Assembly (NCBI GenBank): GCA_028288585.1
Contig: JAQBNL010000021.1
Span: forward strand, 9,221-73,220
From: Chitinophagaceae bacterium
GTDB lineage: Bacteria; Bacteroidota; Bacteroidia; Chitinophagales; Chitinophagaceae
DNA: 64,000 nt
Reading direction: 5' to 3'
The notes under the pieces are model-generated. The model saw only the letters and a program-made list of their open reading frames with translations. It had not been told where the DNA came from and did not search any database. Of this stretch, positions 28,801-38,754 are shown piece after piece. How positions within the stretch are numbered: the stretch's first letter is position 1; every line of letters starts with the position of its first letter. Position numbers and translations under genes: made by a program.

Positions 28801-30692
28801 CCGATAGAATGATCTATAAATTCTCTTTGTTTTGGAGTACTGCAATCGGAACCTACGGCAAATATTGCAATCGGCGGACTTATATGTATGTAATCTGTAA
28901 ATTTTAAAGTATCGGGGCAGCCATTATTCCAAACAATTAATGTAATATCAAAATAACCTGTGTCCTGGTAAGGATGACTGGGATTTTGTTGAGTTGATGT
29001 AGTGCCATCCCCAAAATCCCATAACCATTTATCCGGAATCCCGCCTGTGGAAGAATCAGTAAAATTCACATTTTTATAAGCACATACATCCCGTGGAGTT
29101 GCGCTAAAGTTTAGGTTAAGTTTATTACCTGCGAGAATTCCATTAGCAACGGTTGTAGTTGCTGTACATCCACCGGCCGTATTAACAGTTACACTAATTG
29201 TATAACTTCCAGCAGCAAATGTATGGGTCGGATTTGCAAGGGTAGAAGTGCCGCCGTCTCCAAAATCCCACAAATACCCGGTTACAGGATCAACGGCATT
29301 TACATTTGCCGTAAAAGCAAAAGTAAATGGCGCACAATCTTTAGCCGGCAAATTAGGTATGCTTACTGTTGGGGTTTGCAGTTTTATATATCCGGGCTTA
29401 ATTAAAGAATCTTTACATCCTGCAGCATTGGTTGCTACAAGTTTTACATCATATACTCCTAATGCAGAATAAGTATGTGAAGGATTTTGTTGAGTTGACG
29501 TACTGCCATCACCAAAATCCCAAAAATAAAGACTCCCACCCGCTACTATCCCTGTAAAATTTACTGTTAGTGGCGCTGTGCAGGAACCGGTTTTATCAGC
29601 TGTGAAAGAAATTACAGGTTTAGGTAATACAGTTATTGGCTTTGATAAAGAATCTGCACATGCTCCGAAGCCGGCAACCATTTTAATAATAAAATTACCT
29701 GTAGTACTGTATGTTTTAGTTGGATTAATAACAGTAGAAGTAGTACCATCACCAAAATTCCATGTAACATTTGCAGGCACAGGAGTACTGGTATTATTAA
29801 TAGTGAATGATGAATTCTCGCAGATAATTGCAGGAGTTGAAAAATTTGCTTTTACGTTACCAACAGTAATGGCATTTACTTTAGTAAGCGTATCAGTACA
29901 TCCTGTAGAATTAACTATGATCAATCTTACTGTATATGTTCCTGCAGTTGTATAAGTATGCGACGGATTTTGCTGGGTTGAAGTTGAACCATCTCCAAAA
30001 TCCCATTGATATGTAAGAGCCCCACTGCCGGTAGAAGTATTTGTAAAATTAACCGTAGAAGGAACAGTACATGAATTAGGTGCAGAAAAAATGAAGGCTG
30101 CTTTAGCACCATTTCCTATCTGGATATATTGAGGTTTTGTAACTGTGGTTACACAGCCAAATGTATTGGTTGCTCTTAATGATACATTAAAATTTCCCGG
30201 ACCTAAATATACATGTGATGGGCTTTGTGTTGAAGATAGATTGCCATCACCAAAGTCCCATTCCCATTTATTAATACTGCCGCTGCCCGGAGTGCTTTGA
30301 TCAGTAAACTGAACCGGTAAAGGAAAACACCCATTAGGAGGAGTGCCGGTAAAATTTACGGCAGGTACAGCATAAACAGTAATAAATTGACTTTTTATAA
30401 TTTCGTTAGAGCCATTTGCATTAGTCACTATCAACTTTACATTGTATTGCCCGGGAGCAAAATAAGTAACTGCGGGATTTTTTAAAAAGGAGATAGTTCC
30501 ATTTCCAAGATCCCATTTCCAACTGGTGGGATTACCTGTAGAAGAATCAGTAAAATTTACAAGAAGTGGTGCACAACCTGATATAGGTATTGCAGAAAAA
30601 TTTGCACTAAGCTGTGCCCTGGAAATAAATGCCTGGGAAAATAAAATAAAAAATAGAAGCCATTTGCAGTTAGCTGCTTTACGGACTACCAT
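25893..30692 (-). CDS. Large multi-PKD surface protein with a gliding-motility-associated (type B) T9SS C-terminal domain
   Basis: More than a dozen W.WDFGDG..ST.QNP.H.Y PKD repeats; C-terminal IPNTFSPNGDGANDVF...IFNRWG...GWDG. Confidence 0.93.
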   Translation of the reverse strand: MVVRKAANCKWLLFFILFSQAFISRAQLSANFSAIPISGCAPLLVNFTDSSTGNPTSWKWDLGNGTISFLKNPAVTYFAPGQYNVKLIVTNANGSNEIIKSQFITVYAVPAVNFTGTPPNGCFPLPVQFTDQSTPGSGSINKWEWDFGDGNLSSTQSPSHVYLGPGNFNVSLRATNTFGCVTTVTKPQYIQIGNGAKAAFIFSAPNSCTVPSTVNFTNTSTGSGALTYQWDFGDGSTSTQQNPSHTYTTAGTYTVRLIIVNSTGCTDTLTKVNAITVGNVKANFSTPAIICENSSFTINNTSTPVPANVTWNFGDGTTSTVINPTKTYSTTGNFIIKMVAGFGACADSLSKPITVLPKPVISFTADKTGSCTAPLTVNFTGIVAGGSLYFWDFGDGSTSTQQNPSHTYSALGVYDVKLVATNAAGCKDSLIKPGYIKLQTPTVSIPNLPAKDCAPFTFAFTANVNAVDPVTGYLWDFGDGGTSTLANPTHTFAAGSYTISVTVNTAGGCTATTTVANGILAGNKLNLNFSATPRDVCAYKNVNFTDSSTGGIPDKWLWDFGDGTTSTQQNPSHPYQDTGYFDITLIVWNNGCPDTLKFTDYIHISPPIAIFAVGSDCSTPKQREFIDHSIGADAWQWDFGDGATSTQQNPPIHTYANMGTYQVTLIVTNFKTGCSHKQTQTVIIGIEKADFVASDTAICKGSSVNFHAVNMNTANVTSYHWKFGDGTEAFDSSTVNHIYTNAGKYNVTLVITAMAGCIDSIVKEIRVGSPAAAFKSSTPGICLNKAITFTDSSLADGYPIQKWIWNFGDGITQTFIAPPFQHTYAAPGVYSVMLTVIDSKGCSDSLLQTNTLMISKPVADFASADTMSCHLQVISFTNLSTGPNLTYNWDFGDGTTSTAVNPVHQYATQGVYPISLTITDEYGCTDKVVKNNYVTVADPKADFSLSDTVSTCPPLVITFTNLSKNFVSRSWNFGDGTSSSLDNPTHFYSIPGTYNIVLTVTGYNGCVDTKTKQIIVRGPKGSFTYTNIIGCNPLKTDFIGTSQDDISFIWDFNDGATSSTTDSAVSHTYTNPGFYLPKMILVDKSGCQVPIVGTDTIKVYGVKADFSSTTTTLCDSGYVTFTEHSNSNDIITTYLWSFGDGSTSTQQNPVHSYSSTGIYNTTLKVTTNAGCTDTAIAPTPIKIVASPKIGIASNNGVCIPAIINFTGQILTPDTSSLKWNWNFGNGSLSTQQNPQAQVYFGAGSYTIKAIATNSSGCKDSATKIIETYPLPAVKANTDSTICLGQTINLKATGASSYTWFPTTGLSCSNCANPVARPDSNIQYTVKGTSTNGCIGWDSVTLSVRLPFKMRVSAGDTLCKGESAQISVSGANTYVWSPSTGLSNAAIANPVATPLSSTNYMVVGKDDKGCFKDSAFVPLKVYPIPTVNAGSDKTINIGQTLDIDPTLSTDVTNTVWTPTSGIFRNRFPGITVKPPQTTEYTVEVTNDGGCRARDKVTVYVLCNNANVFIPNTFSPNGDGANDVFYPRGTGVFSIKTFRIFNRWGEVVYEKANFNANDASAGWDGTFKGKKLNPDVFVYTIDIMCENNTILNYKGNIALIQ

Positions 30693-30825
30693 TGGGTTGC
30701 TTGGTTTTTATAATGATGCTTGGACTAACAGGTTACCCTGTCACTTAGTAATAACTGAAAACCGTAGAAAAAATTGTATAGACAGTAGTTTTTTTAGGAG
30801 TTAATTCCATTTCCTAAAGTGATTT

Positions 30826-31551
30826 TTAGTAATCACCATGCAGTAAACGCATTCTATAGGCATTCATGGCAGTAATGCCCAGTTTTTTTATCAACCTGTA
30901 ATTTACTACTACACCAACCGGGGCGCCAATCACCGGGATTAGCTGTGCCATCTTTGCAAGATCAATATAGTCCCTATACTCCTGCTGAAATGTACGCCAG
31001 TCAAATTGATGAATATCATCAGGAAGGTGTTTGCTTTTTTCATCCCAGTTATCCATCTTAAGGTAAACATTTCTTCTTTCCTCATGGCTGCAAAATGCAA
31101 GTTGAAAAATATGAAGTATATAAAGTCTCTCCTTGTAATCATCAGTATTGTATCCATATAATGCCGCGATTTCGAAAAGCAGTTTTATTTTTATCACAAG
31201 TAGTAATGGAAAATCTGCCAGGCCAAGTAAGATACCTCCTGCACCTGTAATACCACCTTCAACAGCGGCAGTAGTTCTGTAAAATTTTATTCTTTCATAT
31301 ATCCTTATTTCCATTATCTCAATATCATTTTCTTTTACTGGATTTTGTGTGGTGTACTTTGCTCCAAATAAAACTGCTCTTACCATTTGTTTAATGGTTG
31401 CGGTTATTGCCTGGTGAACTCTTTCAGGTATCCAACTGTTTATTTTCGTTTGCATTTTTTTGGCAAGATTATTTAACAGTGAAGGTTTGGCAAGCATTTG
31501 CTTTTGCCATACGCTAACTTCCCTCCTGATGTTTTCTTTATACCAATGCAT
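30826..31551 (-). CDS. EcsC family protein
   Basis: EGGITGAGGILLGLAD, KLLFEIAALYG, QLIPVIGA. Likely start at MHWYKE (31551). Confidence 0.88.
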   Translation of the reverse strand: MHWYKENIRREVSVWQKQMLAKPSLLNNLAKKMQTKINSWIPERVHQAITATIKQMVRAVLFGAKYTTQNPVKENDIEIMEIRIYERIKFYRTTAAVEGGITGAGGILLGLADFPLLLVIKIKLLFEIAALYGYNTDDYKERLYILHIFQLAFCSHEERRNVYLKMDNWDEKSKHLPDDIHQFDWRTFQQEYRDYIDLAKMAQLIPVIGAPVGVVVNYRLIKKLGITAMNAYRMRLLHGDY

Positions 31552-31633
31552 ATACAAATAATGAATTATAAAGTTAGAACTACCATAGCCAATATGCGTT
31601 TTGATAGAATGAAAATTGTGATAATTACTTAAC

Positions 31634-34465
31634 TTGAACAAAAAAGGTATGTCATTTAACCATGGAAAGGCATTGTTATTTTTGCTGTTTTTTATCTCCT
31701 CAATATCTTATGCGCAACAATTTGGCGGCAATCCTCCTTCTATAAAATGGAGCCAGGTAAACACGGCTGATGTAAAAATTATTTTTCCGCAACAACTGGA
31801 TTCTTCTGCAACAAGAATTGCAAATATCATTTCTTATATGAGCGGGCCGATGCAACATACTATCGGGAGCAGGCAGAAAAAAATAAGTATAGTCTTAAAA
31901 AACCAGACTACTATCTCAAATGGCTTTGTAACACTTGCACCTTTTCACAGCGAATTTTTTTTAACGCCATTACAAAATAATTTTGAGCTGGGAAGCATCC
32001 CATGGATCGAAGCCCTTAGTGTTCATGAGTTCAGGCATGTACAGCAGTTCAATAATTTTAATGTAGGGTTATCCAAATTATTTCACATCCTGTTTGGAGA
32101 AGCAGGGCAGGCATTTGCCAATAATGTAGCCGTACCTAACTGGTTCTTTGAGGGAGATGCAGTGTTCAATGAAACAAATGTAACCATGCAGGGGCGTGGA
32201 AGGCTACCATTTTTTTATAACGCTTTTCGCTCTTTATGGCAGGCAGATAGAAAATACAGCTGGATGAAACTGCGAAACGGCTCATACAAAGATTTTGTTC
32301 CTGATCATTATCCTTTAGGTTATCTGTTGGTGGCCTATGGCAGAGAAAAATATGGTGATGAATTCTGGAAAGATGTAACACAGGATGCAGCAGCATTCAA
32401 AGGGTTATTTTATCCATTTCAAAAAGCAATAAAAAAATATTCAGGTAAAAATTATGTGCAGTTCAGAACTGATGCAATGAATTATTTTAAAGATAAATTC
32501 AAACCGAAAAGTGAAAAACAAAAGATTACTTCCTCTAAAGTCATTAACGAAGAATACCCGGCTTTTGTTGATGAGCATACAATTGTATATGTAAAAAGCA
32601 GCTACAATAAAATTCATTCATTTGTTATCCGTAATGGAAAGGAAGAGAAAAAGATAAGGGTAAAAGATGTTTCACTTGATAATCATTTTTCCTATCGCAA
32701 CGGCAAGTTGGTATATGCATCGTACCAGCCGGACATACGATGGGGAAGCAGGGATTATAGTGATCTGCAAATACTGGATATTAAAACAGGCACACAACAA
32801 ACACTAACTCACCATACAAAATATTTTGCCCCTGATATTAATGATGATGGAAGTAAAATAGTTGCAGTAGGGGTAAATGCCGATGGCAGTTCTGTGCTGC
32901 AAATACTTAATACAACCAATGGCGACATTGTAACGTCAGTCCCTAATCCACAGAATGTATTTTATACCTATCCAAAATTTTATGGAGATAAAATAATATG
33001 CGCTGTTAAAAACAGTAAAGGAAAAATGAGCCTGGCAATCATCAATTCATCAACTGGCAGTGCAGATCATCTTACACCATTCTCTTTTAATGTTATTGGT
33101 TTTCCGTCAGTCTCTCATGATACTGTTTATTTTTCGGCAGCTAACGGGGAAGAGGATAAACTTTTTGCATGCAATCTTATAAATAAAAAATTGTTTGAGC
33201 TAATACCAAAAAATACACAAATTGGTTTGGGAAAATACCAGCTATCAGCTATGGGGAATAAATTAGTATGGACAACTTTTACTGCTTATGGTTATCGCTT
33301 ACAGGAGGGGAATATTAATTCTGTTGAATGGAAACCGGTTGACCAGCAATATTTCCAACAACCACTTTCTGATTTTGAAATTACTTCTCTTGATAAAACC
33401 AATGCCAACCTGCTGGAAAAGGTTGCTGGCTCTCCTTTGCAGGTAACGAAGTATTCAAAAACAACGGGACTAATTAACTTTCATAGTTTGATCCCGGGCA
33501 TAGATGATCCTGAATATTCCGTGACTTTAATAGGGAGTAATATATTAACCACCATGCAGACTTCATTGGCATTTACCTACGACCGTGCAGAGAAGTGGAA
33601 AAGGATCGGGCTTGGAATTGATTACGCTGCCCTCTTTCCTTTTATTTCTGCAGGGGTTGATTATACTATTGACAGAAGAGGAAGATATCATGGCAAAACC
33701 GTTTACTGGAATGAGCTTGAACCGCGGGGAGGCATTAGTATACCTTTGAATTTGAGTAAAGGAAGATCTTTAACCTTTATGAATATAGGCAGCAATTATG
33801 TTTATAATCAATCCAATTTTAAAGGTGCTTATAAAGACACTTTGGGAAAGATATCTTATAGCTATTTAAGTAATTTATTTACTATCACCAACCAGGTACA
33901 AAAAGCACGTCAAAATATTTATCCCCGCTTTGCACAGACGTTATCACTGGGCTATAAAACAGCATTAACCAAATACAACAGCTCACAATTTGTTGCAAAT
34001 GCAAACTTATACCTCCCCGGCTTTTTAACCAATCATAATATTGTTTTTAATGCCGCTTATTTAAAAAAGGATACCATCGGGCAACTTAATTTTTCCAGCG
34101 GATTTCCTTTTTCAAGAGGATACCAGGCAGAAAATTTACATGAAATGATAAAGTGGGGAGCCAATTATCATTTACCATTGCTCTACCCTGATGCAGGCTT
34201 TGCTAATATTATTTACCTGCTAAGATTGAGAGCAAATTTATTTTACGATCATACCCATGTAAATGATTTTTATACTAATGGAAACCCGTTTACAGCAAAT
34301 TTCAGATCAACAGGCGCAGAATTATATTTTGATACCAAATGGTGGAACGAAGCCAGTGTAACTTTTGGAATCCGGTACAGCTATTTATTGGACAAGGATC
34401 TGTTTGGGGCCACAGGCAAAAACAGGTGGGAATTAATTTTACCGGTTAATCTATTCGATCAATAG
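31634..34465 (+). CDS. Large envelope protein: HExxH zinc-peptidase-like N-terminus, TolB-like propeller and predicted C-terminal barrel
   Basis: Signal peptide; VHEFRH...WFFEGDAV; P.F.DE/APDINDDG propeller-like repeats; aromatic beta-strands at the C-terminus. Confidence 0.65.
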   Translation: MNKKGMSFNHGKALLFLLFFISSISYAQQFGGNPPSIKWSQVNTADVKIIFPQQLDSSATRIANIISYMSGPMQHTIGSRQKKISIVLKNQTTISNGFVTLAPFHSEFFLTPLQNNFELGSIPWIEALSVHEFRHVQQFNNFNVGLSKLFHILFGEAGQAFANNVAVPNWFFEGDAVFNETNVTMQGRGRLPFFYNAFRSLWQADRKYSWMKLRNGSYKDFVPDHYPLGYLLVAYGREKYGDEFWKDVTQDAAAFKGLFYPFQKAIKKYSGKNYVQFRTDAMNYFKDKFKPKSEKQKITSSKVINEEYPAFVDEHTIVYVKSSYNKIHSFVIRNGKEEKKIRVKDVSLDNHFSYRNGKLVYASYQPDIRWGSRDYSDLQILDIKTGTQQTLTHHTKYFAPDINDDGSKIVAVGVNADGSSVLQILNTTNGDIVTSVPNPQNVFYTYPKFYGDKIICAVKNSKGKMSLAIINSSTGSADHLTPFSFNVIGFPSVSHDTVYFSAANGEEDKLFACNLINKKLFELIPKNTQIGLGKYQLSAMGNKLVWTTFTAYGYRLQEGNINSVEWKPVDQQYFQQPLSDFEITSLDKTNANLLEKVAGSPLQVTKYSKTTGLINFHSLIPGIDDPEYSVTLIGSNILTTMQTSLAFTYDRAEKWKRIGLGIDYAALFPFISAGVDYTIDRRGRYHGKTVYWNELEPRGGISIPLNLSKGRSLTFMNIGSNYVYNQSNFKGAYKDTLGKISYSYLSNLFTITNQVQKARQNIYPRFAQTLSLGYKTALTKYNSSQFVANANLYLPGFLTNHNIVFNAAYLKKDTIGQLNFSSGFPFSRGYQAENLHEMIKWGANYHLPLLYPDAGFANIIYLLRLRANLFYDHTHVNDFYTNGNPFTANFRSTGAELYFDTKWWNEASVTFGIRYSYLLDKDLFGATGKNRWELILPVNLFDQ

Positions 34466-34514
34466 TATAAGTCATCAGTTCAGGCGTGGGGATGACTTTC
34501 TTATTCCTTATTGA

Positions 34515-35243
34515 TTATTTATCCGAAATCAACCCTATCATCTCCTTTGCATTTTTTACTGCCGATACGTCAATATCATTATTAAAATAGATGAAAGCTT
34601 TTTTAGTTTTTTCCGAAGTTTCAATTTCATTTATTATTTTTTTAAGTGTTGAAAGTTTATAAGGTGACTGGTATAAGTTGGGTACCCCATGCATTCGGTA
34701 ATATAGAACCGATGTGTTCTGAATTATATCACAAGGCAGATCCGGATGACTCATACCGCAAAAACTTATTTTATTTTTTGCCAGTTCCTTATACACTTCC
34801 GCATTCCACCAGCTAACATGCCTAAATTCAAGTACGTTATTAAATGAAGTATCAAGGCTGTTAATAATTTTTTCAAGACGTTCGTCTGTATAATTAAACC
34901 GCGGCGGCATTTGAAAAAGTACGCAGCCTAATTTTTCTTTTAACCCTTCTTCTATAGTATTGTAAAAATCCGAGATCAGTCTTTCAGTATCATTAAATTT
35001 TTTGTAATGAGTAATGGCTCTCGGGGCTTTTACGGCAAATCGAAAAACAGCTGTACTTTTTTTATACCATGTTTGCAAAAAAGATAGCTGCGGAAAACGG
35101 TAAAATGTAACATTCAATTCAAGTGTATTAAAATGCTCACAATAAAAATCGAACCATTTATTTTGTGGAAGATCATGTGGGTAAAAAATCCCTTTCCAAT
35201 GCTTATAATGAAACCCGGAACAGCCAATGAACCATTTTACCAT
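34515..35243 (-). CDS. DUF72 family protein
   Basis: IGCSGFHY..W.G.FYP, ELNVTFYR, LFQMPP, EFRH.SW, YFNND. Confidence 0.93.
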   Translation of the reverse strand: MVKWFIGCSGFHYKHWKGIFYPHDLPQNKWFDFYCEHFNTLELNVTFYRFPQLSFLQTWYKKSTAVFRFAVKAPRAITHYKKFNDTERLISDFYNTIEEGLKEKLGCVLFQMPPRFNYTDERLEKIINSLDTSFNNVLEFRHVSWWNAEVYKELAKNKISFCGMSHPDLPCDIIQNTSVLYYRMHGVPNLYQSPYKLSTLKKIINEIETSEKTKKAFIYFNNDIDVSAVKNAKEMIGLISDK

Positions 35244-35363
35244 ACATTATCCTGTTAATTTTTTCTATCTCTGCAAGTTTAAAGCCACAGATGTTATGGC
35301 ATGATTTTATATGTTTATTAGACGATTCATCAAATTACTGTTACTTATTTTCAACCATTATTT

Positions 35364-36359
35364 ATGAGTAGTCAAATAAATTTTCAAAAGAAAACAACAA
35401 CAAATTTTTTCCCGGTGGCACCCGGCGTTTGGGGTATGAAAGATGTTTTTGTAAATATTTATATGGTGCTTAATCCATTTGATGGCACGTGGGTTTTAGT
35501 AGATGCAGGACTTAAATGGTCAGCGCCAAAAATTAAAAAAATGGCGCAGCAGCTTTTCGGCGATTCAAAACCATCGGCAATAATTCTAACACACGGGCAT
35601 TTTGATCATGTTGGTTCTTTACAAAAACTTATTGAAGTATGGAATGTGCCTGTGTATGCACATTATCTTGAAATACCTTACCTGACAGGTAAGTCTTCAT
35701 ATCCCCCACCTGATCCATCAGTTGGCGGTGGTTTAATGTCGCTGATGGCATGGGCATATCCTAACAGCCCTATTAATATATGGAACCATATAAATGTTTT
35801 ACCGGATAACGGAGGCGTTCCGGGCTTACCGGAGTGGAGATCTTTACACACACCCGGCCATACTCCCGGTCATATAAGTTTATACAGAGAAAGTGACGGC
35901 GTATTAATTGCCGGTGATGCATTTGTAACCACTAAAGCTGAGTCTGTAATTTCTGTAATGCTTCAATTAAAAACAGTTAGCGGACCACCAAAATACTTAA
36001 CCACTGATTGGGCGCAGGCACGGCAGTCAGTTAAAGACTTAATGAAACTGGAACCGGAAATTGTAGCAACAGGACATGGAAAACCAATGCATGGATCTGA
36101 AGTGAGAAGATCGCTGCATAAATTATCAGAAAGATTTTATGAGCTGGCGGTTCCTTCTTGCGGTAGATATATTGATGAACCTGCAGTGGCCGATGCTACC
36201 GGTGTTATATATGTTCCGGAAAATAATATAAATAAAAGATCTATGATACTAAAATCTCTCGCTGTAATAGCTATGGCTGCAACAGCCTTTGTTTTGTTAA
36301 ATGAAAAACAAAAGAAAACTAAGAAAACAAAAGAAGCGCTGGCTTACGAAGTTTGGTAA
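35364..36359 (+). CDS. MBL-fold metallo-hydrolase with a C-terminal membrane anchor
   Basis: LTHGHFDH, HTPGHTPGH, GDAF, ATGHG; hydrophobic SLAVIAMAATAFVLL near the C-terminus. Confidence 0.9.
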   Translation: MSSQINFQKKTTTNFFPVAPGVWGMKDVFVNIYMVLNPFDGTWVLVDAGLKWSAPKIKKMAQQLFGDSKPSAIILTHGHFDHVGSLQKLIEVWNVPVYAHYLEIPYLTGKSSYPPPDPSVGGGLMSLMAWAYPNSPINIWNHINVLPDNGGVPGLPEWRSLHTPGHTPGHISLYRESDGVLIAGDAFVTTKAESVISVMLQLKTVSGPPKYLTTDWAQARQSVKDLMKLEPEIVATGHGKPMHGSEVRRSLHKLSERFYELAVPSCGRYIDEPAVADATGVIYVPENNINKRSMILKSLAVIAMAATAFVLLNEKQKKTKKTKEALAYEVW

Positions 36360-37019
36360 TCATTCCGCCACTGTTCCATCTTCAAAAATAATTTTTACAG
36401 GATTCCATAGAACCCGTAAATCAACCAGATCTTTTGACCTGATGCGTTTATCATTCTCATTACTGTGATCGTACTCAACTGTAAATGTTTTTTTTAAAAT
36501 TGAGTTTGCCCTCAGTTGCTCATCTAATACAATTTGTATGCTTTTAATTTCCCTGTCCAAAAGGTCATTCAGGCTAATGCTGCCTACTATCATTTTAATA
36601 TTTTTGGAAGAAATATTTTGAAAGAGGACTGTGTAAATAAAACAATCTTTGTTATTAACTTTTGAAAATATCTTCTCAGATAAATTAACTCTTAAATAAG
36701 AACTCATTCGTTCTCTCAATGCCTCCCGTTCCATTTTTATTTGATCACCTTCATCGGTGTTGGCTTTTCTAATGTTTTTAATTTTCTCAAGTATTTCATC
36801 GTATGTTTTTCCCTGCAGATCATTTCCTGCAATTTTAGAAAGAGCAATATACCTGGTGAGTAATTCAATATCCTCGTAACTCGTTTTATTACTTTCTCTT
36901 ATTGCCGCGATATCATCAAGATAAGATGCGGCATTATAAGTTTTATCCATAGGATTATTGCAGGAGGAAAAAATTACGGGTAATAAAACAGTAAAGAATA
37001 TGAATAAAAAATTTCGCAT
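36360..37019 (-). CDS. Hypothetical lipoprotein
   Basis: Lipobox IFSSC; its stop abuts the convergent MBL gene stop. Confidence 0.7.
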   Translation of the reverse strand: MRNFLFIFFTVLLPVIFSSCNNPMDKTYNAASYLDDIAAIRESNKTSYEDIELLTRYIALSKIAGNDLQGKTYDEILEKIKNIRKANTDEGDQIKMEREALRERMSSYLRVNLSEKIFSKVNNKDCFIYTVLFQNISSKNIKMIVGSISLNDLLDREIKSIQIVLDEQLRANSILKKTFTVEYDHSNENDKRIRSKDLVDLRVLWNPVKIIFEDGTVAE

Positions 37020-37113
37020 AGCATTAAAAAAAATAAACGGCTAAAAATAGAATAAAGTATTTGTATACAGGGATTACGGAAATCATAATTTTATCTTTGC
37101 TTAAAAAAATATA

Positions 37114-37584
37114 ATGAATATTGAAACAGGATCAAAAGCCCCGATGTTTAGTTTATATACCTCAGAAAAAAATAAAGTTTCATTAAATGATTACCGGGGA
37201 AAGAATGTTTTACTGCTGTTCTTCCCGCTTGCGTTTACCACAACCTGTACAAAAGAATTGTGCAGCGTACGGGATAACATAAACCAATACAATAACAGCA
37301 ATGTACAAGTGCTTGGTATTTCAGTTGATTCGCTTTATACGCTGGCAAAATATAAAGAAGAGCAGCATTTAAATTTCCCTTTGCTAAGCGATTTTAATAA
37401 AGAAGTTTCAGCTGCATATGGCTCATTATATCCAACTTTCGCTTTCGGGATGCAGAAGGTAAGCAAGAGAAGCGCTTTTGTAATTGACAAGGAAGGTGTA
37501 ATACGATATGTGGAGATACTTGAGAATGCCAGTGAAATAGCAGATTTTGAAGCTATACAAAAAACGCTGTCCCAATGCAATTAA
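37114..37584 (+). CDS. Peroxiredoxin (AhpC/TSA, AhpE-like)
   Basis: FFPLAFTTTCTKELC (PxxxTxxC), LLSDFN, RSAFVID; promoter element TATCTTTG at 37092-37099. Confidence 0.9.
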   Translation: MNIETGSKAPMFSLYTSEKNKVSLNDYRGKNVLLLFFPLAFTTTCTKELCSVRDNINQYNNSNVQVLGISVDSLYTLAKYKEEQHLNFPLLSDFNKEVSAAYGSLYPTFAFGMQKVSKRSAFVIDKEGVIRYVEILENASEIADFEAIQKTLSQCN

Positions 37585-37694
37585 TCTCCCTTTTAAACGT
37601 TTTTTTAAAGAAATTTTATAATAGTCAGCACTTATGAAGGTTGCATTAAGGCTAAAATGTTGCTATCTTTAAATAAAAAATCTAATTTTACGTA

Positions 37695-38039
37695 TTGAAG
37701 AAAATTTTTTACATATTTATTTTTACTGTTTTATTTGTTTCGGGAGGTTTAGCCCAGAATAAAATCGTAGCAGGCGCCTCAGATCCTGCTGTAAAATATA
37801 TGCGGTTTTACCCCAATCCTGCCGTTAGCGTAATTAATTTCGAATTTCAAAAAGGCTACGATAAATTTTTCTCCTTCCAGGTTTTCAATTTTATAGGCAA
37901 AAAGGTGCTGGATCTAAAATCAGTTACTCCAAAAATTAATATTCCCCTTACTGATTTTTACAGGGGAGTTTATATTTACCAGCTTCGTGACAGGAGCGGA
38001 AGGATTGTTGACTCCGGTAAATTCCAGGTGGTTAAATAA
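37695..38039 (+). CDS. Small protein: signal peptide plus a lone T9SS type-A sorting domain
   Basis: FYPNPA...FNFIGKKV...GVYIYQL...KFQVVK; TTG start. Confidence 0.8.
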   Translation: MKKIFYIFIFTVLFVSGGLAQNKIVAGASDPAVKYMRFYPNPAVSVINFEFQKGYDKFFSFQVFNFIGKKVLDLKSVTPKINIPLTDFYRGVYIYQLRDRSGRIVDSGKFQVVK

Positions 38040-38108
38040 CCCCATTATCCCTTATTTTCTTGTGTCAATTTGTCCAATATTTCTAATTGGCAAAATGTTT
38101 GACTAACC

Positions 38109-38116
38109 TACCTTTG
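38109..38116 (+). promoter_or_regulatory. -7 promoter element (TACCTTTG) upstream of grpE-dnaJ
   Basis: Exact TAnnTTTG match. Confidence 0.6.
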
Positions 38117-38132
38117 CAGCCAATTTTACGAT

Positions 38133-38690
38133 ATGGAAACAAATAAAAATAAATACGATAATTCATCAGAAGACATCAATTCTCCAAACCAAACTTCTAT
38201 AAATGAAATTGAGGGTGATTCCGAAAGTAATTTGCCGGGAGAGGATGAACTGGCGAAGCTTAACAAAGAGCTGGAAATACAAAAAGATAAGTATCTGAGG
38301 CTTGTTGCTGAATTTGATAATTTTAAAAGAAGAACGGCCAAAGAGAGAATGGAGTTAATACAAACCGCAGGAAAGGATGTAATCACTTCGATGCTTGATG
38401 TATTGGATGATTGTGACAGGGCAGAAAAGCAAATGAACAGTGATAACCCGGATCAAATAAAAGAAGGTGTTCAGCTTGTTTTTAATAAGCTTAGAAACAC
38501 GCTGCAATCAAGAGGATTAAAACCGATGAATAGTATTGATACGGATTTTGATGTTCATAAACACGAAGCAATAGCCGAAGTTCCTGTTAACGATGAAAGT
38601 AAAAAAGGTAAAGTAATTGACGAGATTGTAAAGGGATATTATTTAAATGATAAGTTGATCAGGTTTGCCAAAGTTATTGTGGGTAAATAA
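38133..38690 (+). CDS. grpE: Nucleotide exchange factor GrpE
   Basis: YLRLVAEFDNFKRR, FD...HEAI, KGYYLNDKLIRFAKV. Confidence 0.97.
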   Translation: METNKNKYDNSSEDINSPNQTSINEIEGDSESNLPGEDELAKLNKELEIQKDKYLRLVAEFDNFKRRTAKERMELIQTAGKDVITSMLDVLDDCDRAEKQMNSDNPDQIKEGVQLVFNKLRNTLQSRGLKPMNSIDTDFDVHKHEAIAEVPVNDESKKGKVIDEIVKGYYLNDKLIRFAKVIVGK

Positions 38691-38754
38691 TCACTAACTG
38701 CAATTATTAATAATCATTAATTTTTTTTAATAATAAATTCGATAGTAAATAGGT

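Noticed and set aside
25893-30692. Recurring TGGGATTTTGG(A/T)GATGG DNA motifs that could suggest a CRISPR array
   Set aside because: They encode the WDFGDG motif of PKD repeats inside one long ORF; spacing is roughly domain-length and no cas genes are present.
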